NCBI GenBank assembly: GCA_001791305.1
Contig: MGEI01000004.1
Coordinates: forward strand, 1 to 59,100
DNA: 59,100 nt
Direction of reading: 5' to 3'
DNA from: Candidatus Uhrbacteria bacterium RIFCSPLOWO2_01_FULL_47_17
Lineage (GTDB): Bacteria; Patescibacteriota; Patescibacteriia; UBA9934; GWF2-40-263
This document shows, in pieces, positions 1-7,920 of the stretch. A program made the position numbers and the translations under genes. The notes beneath the pieces were generated by a model that saw nothing but the letters and a program-made list of their open reading frames with translations, was not told the DNA's origin and searched no databases. Positions within the stretch are counted from its first letter, which is position 1; every line of letters begins with the position of its first letter.

Positions 1-1
1 C

Positions 2-670
2 ATTCCGGTTGTGGTCGTCATGTTCCAACCAGACTTTGGATCCGCAGCTGTGCTTATGGGAATTTGGTTCATTCTTGCGCTGTTTGCGGGAATGCCTATG
101 CGCACACTCTTTCTTTTGTGCATTGCCGGAGTTGTTGTGTTTATGATTGCATGGTTCGGATTATTTGCGCCGTATCAAAAAGCGCGTATTGCAACGTTTC
201 TGAACCCAACCGAAGATCCACTTGGGCAAGGATACAACGTGGCGCAGGCCGTGATTGCAATTGGTGCGGGTGGCTGGTTTGGTCGTGGTCTTGGATTTGG
301 CACGCAAAGTCAATTGAAATTTTTGCCAGAAAGCCAGACAGATTTTATTTTCGCGGTGATTGCCGAGGAGCTTGGATTTTTTGGCGTCACGCTTTTGCTC
401 GGTGCGTTCTCGCTTTTGTTTCTTCGTGTCGGAAGACTCGTTCGATTGTCACGTGACAACTTCACGACGTATCTCCTCCTCGGAATTGTCGCTCTCCTCT
501 TTTTACAAATTCTCATCAACGTCGGAATGAACCTTGGAGTCTTTCCTGTCACAGGAATCGGTTTACCATTTGTGAGCTACGGAGGAAGTTCGCTTGTTGT
601 ATTTTTGTTTTACATCGGCGTCATTCAAAGCATTGCGATTCGAACCGTCCGAGTGACGTATCAAGTATAG
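2..670 (+). CDS. FtsW/RodA/SpoVE (SEDS) family protein, 5'-truncated at window edge
   Basis: ORF open from the window start. Multi-TM. Motifs GQGYNVAQAVIAIGAGGWFGRGLG and SQTDFIFAVIAEELGF are typical of SEDS proteins. TAG stop at 668-670. Confidence 0.85.
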   Translation: MPVVVVMFQPDFGSAAVLMGIWFILALFAGMPMRTLFLLCIAGVVVFMIAWFGLFAPYQKARIATFLNPTEDPLGQGYNVAQAVIAIGAGGWFGRGLGFGTQSQLKFLPESQTDFIFAVIAEELGFFGVTLLLGAFSLLFLRVGRLVRLSRDNFTTYLLLGIVALLFLQILINVGMNLGVFPVTGIGLPFVSYGGSSLVVFLFYIGVIQSIAIRTVRVTYQV

Positions 671-705
671 AAATTTGAAATGATTCGTAAACGTGATAAG
701 GTTAA

Positions 706-806
706 GTGGTAAAGTTAAAGAGTCAAAAAGTCTAGGAGTTTCTTTTTATTTTTTTGAATAAGTTTCCCTCTTCCTTCACTTTTTGACTCTTCGACTCTTT
801 GACTTT
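706..806. repeat. purine-rich 8-9-nt periodic repeat arms in inverted orientation
   Basis: AAAGAGTCAAAAAGT (717-731) pairs with ACTTTTTGACTCTT (778-791) around a T-rich centre. The right arm has tandem GACTCTT-type units. Confidence 0.55.
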
Positions 807-810
807 TCCT

Positions 811-1206
811 ATGTCCACTCCAAACAAACTTGATAAAACAACACAGGGTTTGCGTCTTGTTTCGTATTGTCCGGTTTGTGACATGCGTTCGAAATCCATG
901 AACGCGCGTACACTTGCGGCACAAGGTGAAACAAAGCTCATGCATATTCAGTGTCACAAATGCGCGAACGCCTTTTTGGCTTTTGTTCTTGTGAATCAAG
1001 TTGGAGCAAGTTCGGTGGGAATTCTCACAGATCTTGGATATGAAGACGTCATGCGTTTTCGATCAACCAAAGATGTGAGTGTGAATGATGTCATTGCCGC
1101 ACATGAGTATTTTGAGAAAGGAGCGTTTCACGTGACTGTCGAAAGGAAACGAGCAGCTCGAGTGAAAGCGCCGGTGAAACACGCAAGAAAAAAACTCGGA
1201 AAATAA
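811..1206 (+). CDS. hypothetical protein with CxxC...CxxC zinc-ribbon-like motif and basic C-terminus
   Basis: ORF track 799..1206. First ATG is at 811. CPVC and CHKC pairs are present. No family recognised. Confidence 0.45.
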   Translation: MSTPNKLDKTTQGLRLVSYCPVCDMRSKSMNARTLAAQGETKLMHIQCHKCANAFLAFVLVNQVGASSVGILTDLGYEDVMRFRSTKDVSVNDVIAAHEYFEKGAFHVTVERKRAARVKAPVKHARKKLGK

Positions 1207-1261
1207 AAGTCCCCACGGAAACATCATCCAGAGGGGATTTTTGTTTGCGTGGGGAAGAGGG

Positions 1262-1678
1262 TTACTTGCTGGAAGGATCCTGTGGCTTGACCGGCCTCGC
1301 GAGGCAGCAGCCGACGGTACGCACCTTGGGCTGCTTGCATTGCGTGTCTGACGGCGGCGGCATGTCGACGGCGCAGAAGTAGTGTTGGCATGTGTCCGCG
1401 ACGTGCGCGAACGTGTTGCCGTTCGCGTCCTTCACGAAGGCGATCACGTGATAGCCGTTGAATTTGCTGATGTCCGTGGCCGAGCTCACGCCATCGAGGC
1501 ATGCATACTCGCTGTCCGCCGGATTCATGCACATGTCTGCCTTGTGGCTTTCGTGCACCCAGTCGAGTGCCTCGCCTTGCTGTTCCGCGACGGGTTCGTC
1601 ACGAACGTTGTTCGAAGCGGCCGCCGAGCAGCCGAAGCAGAGGATTGCGGTGAGGGCGAGGAAGAGGGAACGAGCCAT
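1262..1678 (-). CDS. Cys-rich lipoprotein, hypothetical, in a G+C-rich patch
   Basis: ATG at 1678 is preceded by GGAGG. Signal peptide MARSLFLALTAILCFGCSAA has a lipobox. The mature part has 8 Cys. Local G+C is clearly above the flanks. Confidence 0.6.
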   Translation of the reverse strand: MARSLFLALTAILCFGCSAAASNNVRDEPVAEQQGEALDWVHESHKADMCMNPADSEYACLDGVSSATDISKFNGYHVIAFVKDANGNTFAHVADTCQHYFCAVDMPPPSDTQCKQPKVRTVGCCLARPVKPQDPSSK

Positions 1679-1961
1679 GGGAAACCTCCAATTGCCAATT
1701 GATGCAGTGTTTTGTCGAGACCTCCTCGACGGACAATGCATCATTCACTCCAATTTAGCGAGTGTTTTCATTGGTCTTTCGATCGAAAAACCTACAGAAC
1801 ACGTGCCAAATTGACGGAGAAGAATACCATAATTTGGGCATTTTGTCAATGAATACAATAAGGGTTGACTTTTTTTGGTAGATTCCGCACAATACTGGAT
1901 ATTTCAAGAGGAAGAAGTGAGATCTTCTCTCCTTCTCTCCTTCTTTATTCTTCTTCCAAAT

Positions 1962-2645
1962 ATGTCCACATTTACCCTCGCTGCAGATAACCGAACGCTT
2001 GCTGGCCGCAAAACAAGCAAACTCCGCGCGGAAGGAAAAGTTCCTGCTGTTGTTTATGGTTCTGGAACAGAGCCAAAAATGATTACCGTTGATCGCAACC
2101 AATTCGTAAAGACGTACAAGGACGCTGGTGAAAGTACGATCGTCGAGCTCGCGGTGAACGGCGGAAGCCCGCTTCACGTGCTTATCCAAGACTTTCAATT
2201 GGACGCGCTTCGCGACGAAGTCACCCACATTGATTTCCGTTCTGTCGACATGACAAAGGAAATTGAAGCAGAAGTGGACCTTGAGTTCGTAGGGGAGTCC
2301 ATGGCGGTCAAGGCACTTGGCGGAACGTTTGTTCCATCCAAAGATTCCGTGGAGGTTCGTTGTTTGCCGGCAAAACTTGTTCGTAAACTCACAATCGACA
2401 TCTCGATCCTCAAAACGTTTGATGACGTGATCCGTATCTCGGATATCGTTGTTCCGGAAGGAATGGTAATTTTGGATGATGCAAACACAACGCTCGCAGC
2501 TGTACAAGCTCCACGTTCTGAAGAAGAAATGGCAGAATTGGATAAAGTGGTTGAACTCGATGTTACAGCCGTAGAAGTTGAAAAGAAGACGAAGGAAGAG
2601 GAGGAAGCGGCAGCCGCTGCTCCTGCCGCAGAAGCGAAAAAGTAA
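1962..2645 (+). CDS. rplY: 50S ribosomal protein L25/general stress protein Ctc
   Basis: N-terminus RTLAGRKTSKLRAEGKVPAVVYG and later blocks match the L25/Ctc family. Acidic/Ala-rich tail. Confidence 0.9.
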   Translation: MSTFTLAADNRTLAGRKTSKLRAEGKVPAVVYGSGTEPKMITVDRNQFVKTYKDAGESTIVELAVNGGSPLHVLIQDFQLDALRDEVTHIDFRSVDMTKEIEAEVDLEFVGESMAVKALGGTFVPSKDSVEVRCLPAKLVRKLTIDISILKTFDDVIRISDIVVPEGMVILDDANTTLAAVQAPRSEEEMAELDKVVELDVTAVEVEKKTKEEEEAAAAAPAAEAKK

Positions 2646-2661
2646 TATCAATCCAACATGT

Positions 2662-3717
2662 ATGGAGAGAGGCATGTTTTCAAAAATAAAACACAAGCGT
2701 CTGTTTGCCACCGTGGCAATCACGCTTGTGTTTTTGATTGTGGGAACGGCATGGTTTGGGCTTCACGCGCAAACCAATAAGACCGATCTGACCAATAAGA
2801 CCAATACTGTGTCTGCGTCGCAGACACAGTCGCGTGACCCACTCACAGGTCTGCTCGTTGAAGAGGTACATGCAAATCAGCAAGTGTATGGAGTGATGAT
2901 CGATGAACATATGGATGCGCGTGCGCAAAGTGGAATCGATCAAGCGTTTTTGGTGATCGAAGCGCCAGTTGAAGCGGGCATTCCTCGTCTGCTCGCATTC
3001 TTCTCAGAAGACCAGAAGGTCGAGAAAATTGGACCCGTTCGATCCGCTCGTCCATACTTTGTGGATTGGGCTCTTGAATTCGATGCGCTTTATACGCACG
3101 TCGGCGGATCAAATGAAGCACTTGCGAAGATTGCGAACGGCGCAACGTTTGATCTCAATGAATTTTGGCACGATCCTCAGTTCTGGCGTGCGACAAATCG
3201 AAGTGCGCCGCATAACACGTACACATCTACGGATCGCATGGGGGAGTATGTAAAGGCAAAACGAGACGCTGGTCGTGCTGCGCCGCTTTACGGAGTTTGG
3301 AAATTTAAGACCACAAAACCAACGGAGGTGTTGCCAGAAAAATTCAGTATCCGTTACGCATCATCTGATTACACATTTTCTTGGGCGTATGACGTTGAAC
3401 AAAAAGCGTATGTGCGATTGTTTGATGATCAACCGGTAAAAACACTCGAGGGAAATAAGATTGATGCGCAAAACGTTATAGTGATGATCTCGGATGTGGA
3501 GGTGATCGACTCGATTGGTCGACGCCATATTCGTACGACGGGAGAAGGGGTCGCCTCTGTGTTCCAGGATGGAAAAAAGATGGAAGCGGTTTGGAAAAAA
3601 CCAGCCGCATCCGAGCGCCTTCGATTTTATACCAAAGAGGGGCAGGAGATTGAGATGAATCCAGGAAAGACATGGATTGAAGTGATCGCGGAAGAATCGC
3701 AGTTGATTATGCAATAA
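2662..3717 (+). CDS. DUF3048 (YerB-like) membrane-anchored protein
   Basis: N-terminal TM. Block GIDQAFLVIEAPVEAGIPRLLAFF..GPVRSARPYFVDWA is typical of DUF3048. Alternative start at 2674. Confidence 0.7.
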   Translation: MERGMFSKIKHKRLFATVAITLVFLIVGTAWFGLHAQTNKTDLTNKTNTVSASQTQSRDPLTGLLVEEVHANQQVYGVMIDEHMDARAQSGIDQAFLVIEAPVEAGIPRLLAFFSEDQKVEKIGPVRSARPYFVDWALEFDALYTHVGGSNEALAKIANGATFDLNEFWHDPQFWRATNRSAPHNTYTSTDRMGEYVKAKRDAGRAAPLYGVWKFKTTKPTEVLPEKFSIRYASSDYTFSWAYDVEQKAYVRLFDDQPVKTLEGNKIDAQNVIVMISDVEVIDSIGRRHIRTTGEGVASVFQDGKKMEAVWKKPAASERLRFYTKEGQEIEMNPGKTWIEVIAEESQLIMQ

Positions 3718-3774
3718 ATCACGTCGCTCGCGAACGACGTGATAAGCAAAAACCGATCGCACACGCGATCGGTT

Positions 3775-4683
3775 TTATAATTCCGCAATAACCACTCGAT
3801 CATGCTTTTGTATATCCTTCTCAGTTCGCATGCTTGCCTCGGGGAAGTAGTGTTTGATGAGTTGCGTTGAACGATCGAGTTGATCGGGATCGATCTCGAT
3901 GAGCACCGTGATGTTTCGCGGAAGCAGGTCACGATGTTTTTTGCATTGTCGGAATAAATCCCAGTACGCATCTAATCCATCTACGCCTGCCACAAGCGCG
4001 CGTACAGGTTCAAAACGAACATCTGGATCGAGGACATCCATTTGGGATGTTGTGAGATAGGGAAGGTTTGCGCAGACGATTAAATCTTTAAACGGATATA
4101 CAGAGGAAATATTTGGATTCCCAGAAGCGCGAATCGTCTCGAAGAGATTTACGAGAGGCTCAAGAAGGGATCCGTGTTGAAAATCGATCTGTTCCTCAAC
4201 CGTGAACGTTTGTGCATTGCGTTTGGCGATCACGAGTGCGGATTGATCGACATCAATGGCAAGGACGGGGGTTTGTGTTTCTGCGGCGAGCGTGATCGCA
4301 ATCGCGCCTGAGCCCGTGCCGATATCCACAAAGAGGGTTTTGTCTCGGTCGCATGTTGAAAATACTTCGAGTGCCTGCTCAATCATGGTTTCTGTTGCGG
4401 GGCGCGGAATCAGGACGGATGGATCCACAAAAAAGTCGCGTCCGTAAAAACTCTTTTTGTTTATGAGGTACGCAACCGGTTCGCGTTTCATACGACGATC
4501 AACCAGAATAAAGAATTTCTCTTCTTGATGTGGTTTCAGGTCATCTGCAATGTGACCAAAGAGCCAGGACTTTGGAACATCCAAAACAGCCGCAAGCAAA
4601 AGTTCTGCATCGAGCATTGGGGATTCAATCCCTGTTTTTTTGAGTTTATTGTTGGCCCATTGGAGAGCCTCGAGAATCGTCAT
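3775..4683 (-). CDS. prmC: release-factor glutamine N5-methyltransferase PrmC/HemK
   Basis: SAM motif DIGTGSGAIAI and C-terminal DVRFEP..AL block. The catalytic tetrapeptide reads NLPY instead of NPPY. Confidence 0.85.
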   Translation of the reverse strand: MTILEALQWANNKLKKTGIESPMLDAELLLAAVLDVPKSWLFGHIADDLKPHQEEKFFILVDRRMKREPVAYLINKKSFYGRDFFVDPSVLIPRPATETMIEQALEVFSTCDRDKTLFVDIGTGSGAIAITLAAETQTPVLAIDVDQSALVIAKRNAQTFTVEEQIDFQHGSLLEPLVNLFETIRASGNPNISSVYPFKDLIVCANLPYLTTSQMDVLDPDVRFEPVRALVAGVDGLDAYWDLFRQCKKHRDLLPRNITVLIEIDPDQLDRSTQLIKHYFPEASMRTEKDIQKHDRVVIAEL

Positions 4684-4717
4684 GGGTTCTACAGTATGGT
4701 ATTTTTGAAATTTTTAC

Positions 4718-4746
4718 AAAAAAAAGAGAGACCCGCAAGGAGTCTC
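4718..4746 (-). terminator. intrinsic terminator
   Basis: Minus sense GAGACUCC-UUGC-GGGUCUC followed by a U run. Confidence 0.7.
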
Positions 4747-5477
4747 GAGAAGAGTGGTGAAAAAGGGTTCCTGCGAGCCCGGAGAGTTCCTGAGAGAGGC
4801 GTGGCTTGGTCGAGATCAATTACATGCTTTGGACTTGCGTCGTTGGGCTTGCAGATTGTAGGCTTCGGACTTGCGTCTTTCAGCTTCCAATTTTGGCGAT
4901 CAAGATTTTGTACACGCATCACAGAGAACTCTCCGGACTACACAACTCGACAACTTTGCTTTTGACAGCGAATCATCGAGAAAGTGGATGGACGAGCAAG
5001 CTCATCTTGTTGTTTCCGTGGGTTTTCAAGCCACTTCAACAGGGTTCGCATTCGCGGTTCAAGTCTTACGACTTTTGCTTGAGGCTTCCGTTGTCTTACG
5101 ACTCGGTGTATTCCTGGCGTGAACGTTGAATTTGAACGAGTTCCACTTTGGAGGTTGGCAATCATCTTGAACGATTCAGTCGGCAACGGTCGGAACCATC
5201 ATCGAGAATCTGAGCTTGCGCTCTGTCCAAAATAATTACCGGGTCACCAAGCTGAAAGCCAGGCTCAAGTGGTCCGAAGACCTTCGCACGAGCAAGCTCG
5301 CACTATTGGGAGTTAACTCTCCCGATTCGCTTTGACCGAAGTCTAGACGAATCACTTGTTTGGTCTAAGACCACGCAACGAGACGAGCTCGTTTGCGTTG
5401 TGGGTACTCCCACGATCCACCTCGACTCGCGCCGATTTGGATGCCAGGCTTTGTTCTTGCGAACGTCAGCTGAAGGT
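4718..5477 (-). ncRNA. candidate large structured non-coding RNA (unclassified)
   Basis: Bracketed by a TTGACG-N17-TATGAT promoter and an intrinsic terminator. No credible ORF. UUCG-capped hairpins and helices have G-U pairs only in the minus sense. Confidence 0.45.
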
Positions 5478-5483
5478 TTCACT

Positions 5484-5512
5484 ATCATAAAGCAATAAAA
5501 AAACAGCGTCAA
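5484..5512 (-). promoter_or_regulatory. sigma70-like promoter for the 4718-5477 unit
   Basis: Minus strand TTGACG (5512-5507), 17-nt spacer, TATGAT (5489-5484). A perfect DnaA-box 9-mer lies just upstream (5521-5529). Confidence 0.55.
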
Positions 5513-5519
5513 GCGCTGT
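5496..5519 (-). terminator. intrinsic terminator after the nucleotidyltransferase gene
   Basis: Minus sense ACAGCG-cuuga-CGCUGU followed by U7. Confidence 0.65.
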
Positions 5520-5588
5520 CTGTGGATAACTGATTTAATTCGCTTATTTAAGATGCGAATTAAATCATCCTGAGCTTGTCGAAGGATC

Positions 5589-6269
5589 TCATCCTTGCGA
5601 CGAAATTTTTTCTCGCACAAATTTTAACTCATCCGGAGTACCGATTGGATACCATTCGTGTGTCATTACGACATCGATTGGAAAATGTGCGGCACGAACC
5701 GTGAGTGTTTGCGGTAAACCATATTCTTCATGCGCGCTCCCTTGGATTTTGACGGGTTCGATGTCGAAATAGGTCTGATCGAGTACGTATGCACCACAAA
5801 CACGAAAGCTTTTCGTGTTTATTGATTCGGTTAAGCCGATAAATTTTCCATACTCGTCGAGCTTTCCACCGTTCATGAGGTGCATATTGGTCGGACAGAG
5901 CAAAATTGAAGTCGCATGTGTCAACATTTCGTCGAGTGCTTCTCGAGAATACAAATCATCGCCATTTACGACAAGAAATCTATCGTGAAGCTGATCACGA
6001 AGCAACATTATCGCTCCGCCCGTTCCGTCGAGAGGGTCTTGCGTGACGTATCGAACGGGAATTCCTCGATACACATCACCAATCTTCGCTTTGATTTGAT
6101 CGCCCAAATAATTCACAACAAGAAAAATCTCGTTGATCGCGTTTGGAAGCGCATCGAGCGTGTGTTCGATCAGGGTTTTATTTCCGATCGGAATGAGTGC
6201 CTTCGGAGTGGTGAGGGTGAGTGGTCGAAGACGTGTGCCAAGACCAGCCGCAAGAATAACGGCTTGCAT
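5589..6269 (-). CDS. sugar-phosphate nucleotidyltransferase (NTP_transferase family)
   Basis: N-terminus MQAVILAAGLGTRLRPLTLTTPKALIPI is the canonical G-rich nucleotidyltransferase motif. Confidence 0.8.
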   Translation of the reverse strand: MQAVILAAGLGTRLRPLTLTTPKALIPIGNKTLIEHTLDALPNAINEIFLVVNYLGDQIKAKIGDVYRGIPVRYVTQDPLDGTGGAIMLLRDQLHDRFLVVNGDDLYSREALDEMLTHATSILLCPTNMHLMNGGKLDEYGKFIGLTESINTKSFRVCGAYVLDQTYFDIEPVKIQGSAHEEYGLPQTLTVRAAHFPIDVVMTHEWYPIGTPDELKFVREKISSQG

Positions 6270-6270
6270 A

Positions 6271-7374
6271 TTAGTCTTCGTCTTCTTCGTTTTCTGTCTC
6301 GACAGGCGCTTCGCCGAGAAGGGAACGGATCTCGGCTTGCTTGAGATCTTCGATTAATGTTCCAAGTCCACCGTTCATGATGCCTGGAATGTTGTGATAA
6401 TTTTTGTGAATGCGGTGATCTGTGACGCGATCTTGAGGAAAATTGTACGTTCGAATCTTCTCGGAACGATCACCGGTCCCAATCTGTCCGCGACGGTTTT
6501 CCTCACGTTCTTTGCGTTGGCGTTCTTGTTCCTGTTCGTACAAACGCGCACGCATAATGCTCATCGCGCGTTCTTTGTTTTGTTTTTGAGAACGTTCGTC
6601 CTGACAATAAACGATGAGTCCTGTTGGAATGTGGAGGATGCGAATCGCGGAATACGTTGTGTTCACGCTCTGTCCGCCGGCACCTGTCGAAGTTGTGGCC
6701 TCGATACGTAAATCTTTCATGTCGATTTCAAAATCGACTTCCTCGAGTTCGGGAAGGATCGCCACAGTCGCGGTTGATGTATGAACACGCCCTTGCTTTT
6801 CGGTTTCCGGCACGCGTTGTACACGGTGCACCCCACTTTCGAATTTCAATTGACTGTAAACATTTTCGCCTTTAATCCCAAAGACAACCTCTTTGAATCC
6901 ACCAATTTCGTTACGACTCGCCGAAATATGTTCGATTTTCCAGCGCTTTGGCTCCGCATACATGGTGTACATGCGCATGAGCTCACCCGCAAAGATCGCG
7001 GACTCATCACCTCCTGCACCCGCGCGAATTTCCACAATGACATCTTTTGCGTCCATTGGGTCTTGTGGAAGAAGTGCAACGAGGAGCTTCTTCTCAAGCA
7101 TGGGTACAGATGTTTCAAGCAACTCAACTTCTTCTTGCATAAACGCCTTCATGTCCGCATCGTCCGATTCTGTGAGGGCGTGTTTTGCGCTCTCGAGATT
7201 TTTGAGCGCAGTCTCATATTCCGTTCCAATCCCCATCAACTCTTTCATACGCGCATAGGCGCTTCCAACTTCTTTCATGAGTTTTGGACTCGAAAGCACC
7301 TCGGGTTCACCGAGTCTGGATTCAAGTTTGTGAAATTCATCACGTTTGATTTTGAATTGGGTCAATAATTCCAT
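6271..7374 (-). CDS. prfA: peptide chain release factor 1
   Basis: GGQ motif ([10 protein letters not shown]), RVTDHR block and RF-1-type domains. ATG at 7374. Acidic C-terminal tail. Confidence 0.95.
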   Translation of the reverse strand: MELLTQFKIKRDEFHKLESRLGEPEVLSSPKLMKEVGSAYARMKELMGIGTEYETALKNLESAKHALTESDDADMKAFMQEEVELLETSVPMLEKKLLVALLPQDPMDAKDVIVEIRAGAGGDESAIFAGELMRMYTMYAEPKRWKIEHISASRNEIGGFKEVVFGIKGENVYSQLKFESGVHRVQRVPETEKQGRVHTSTATVAILPELEEVDFEIDMKDLRIEATTSTGAGGQSVNTTYSAIRILHIPTGLIVYCQDERSQKQNKERAMSIMRARLYEQEQERQRKEREENRRGQIGTGDRSEKIRTYNFPQDRVTDHRIHKNYHNIPGIMNGGLGTLIEDLKQAEIRSLLGEAPVETENEEDED

Positions 7375-7437
7375 ATTGGGGGATTGTAACACAAAAGCGT
7401 CTTCCGGGAACGGAGAGACGCTTTGTAAATTCAAAAG

Positions 7438-7743
7438 CTAAATATTTGTTTTTTGAGCGACGCCAGACTTTTCTTCCTTCTCTTTTTTGCTCGCTGCACG
7501 CTTTTCTTTCTTCACTTTCTTTCCGGTCGTAACTTTCTCGACCTTCTGAGAAGCGCGTTCTGTAAACTTTTCCACACGACGTGCTGTGTCCATCATCTTT
7601 TGCTTGCCTGTATAGAATGGGTGACACGCTGCGCAGGATTCCACGCTGATCTCTTCTTTTGTAGAACCAATTTTATAAATGGCCCCACAAGAACAGGTGA
7701 TGGTCGCGGTTTTGAAGTATTCTGGGTGAATTTCTTTTTTCAT
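7438..7743 (-). CDS. rpmE: 50S ribosomal protein L31 (Zn-ribbon type) with Lys-rich C-terminal extension
   Basis: MKKEIHPEY..CSCG..CAACHPFYTGKQ. Confidence 0.9.
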   Translation of the reverse strand: MKKEIHPEYFKTATITCSCGAIYKIGSTKEEISVESCAACHPFYTGKQKMMDTARRVEKFTERASQKVEKVTTGKKVKKEKRAASKKEKEEKSGVAQKTNI

Positions 7744-7817
7744 ATGGATAGGACACTTTGTATATGCCCGTAATTAGATGGCGGGAGTGTAGCAGGGGGG
7801 AGAAGAGGAGTCAAGGT

Positions 7818-7843
7818 CGGAAAGGGCTGAAAGGGCGGAAATG
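7818..7843 (+). repeat. CGGAAAGGGCTGAAAGGGCGGAAATG repeat copy
   Basis: 25/26 identical to 10791-10816. Confidence 0.7.
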
Positions 7844-7862
7844 TTGGAAATGCATGGAATTT

Positions 7863-7894
7863 GTAGGGGTGCCCCTTGTGGGTACCCATGCGAA
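7863..7894 (-). repeat. GC-hairpin-CTAC element, GGGTACCC type, copy 1
   Basis: In the rpmE sense: ATGGGTACCC-ACAAG-GGGCACCC-CTACAAA. Lies 120 nt upstream of the rpmE ATG. Confidence 0.7.
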
Positions 7895-7920
7895 TTAAAA
7901 AACAGATCGAAATCGATCTG

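Noticed and set aside
4776-4940. An RNase P RNA hypothesis for the large non-coding unit, because the minus strand contains UCCGGGCUC and AGUCCGGAG, which resemble the P4/CR-I GAAAGUCCGGGCUC.
   Set aside because: The two segments pair with each other as a 14-bp helix. The other universally conserved blocks (the AGGGUG../GGUAA.. regions and the ACAGAAnCCGGCUUA 3' P4 strand) are not present, and the position near the 3' end is wrong.
5303-5620. Small minus-strand ORFs inside the 4.7-5.6 kb gap (105, 82 and 77 codons), and possible frameshifted pseudogene.
   Set aside because: The peptides have no SD and a low-complexity, Arg/Ser-rich composition with no family resemblance. The frames are not collinear in the way a decayed gene's would be. 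Strand-specific G-U helices favour an RNA.
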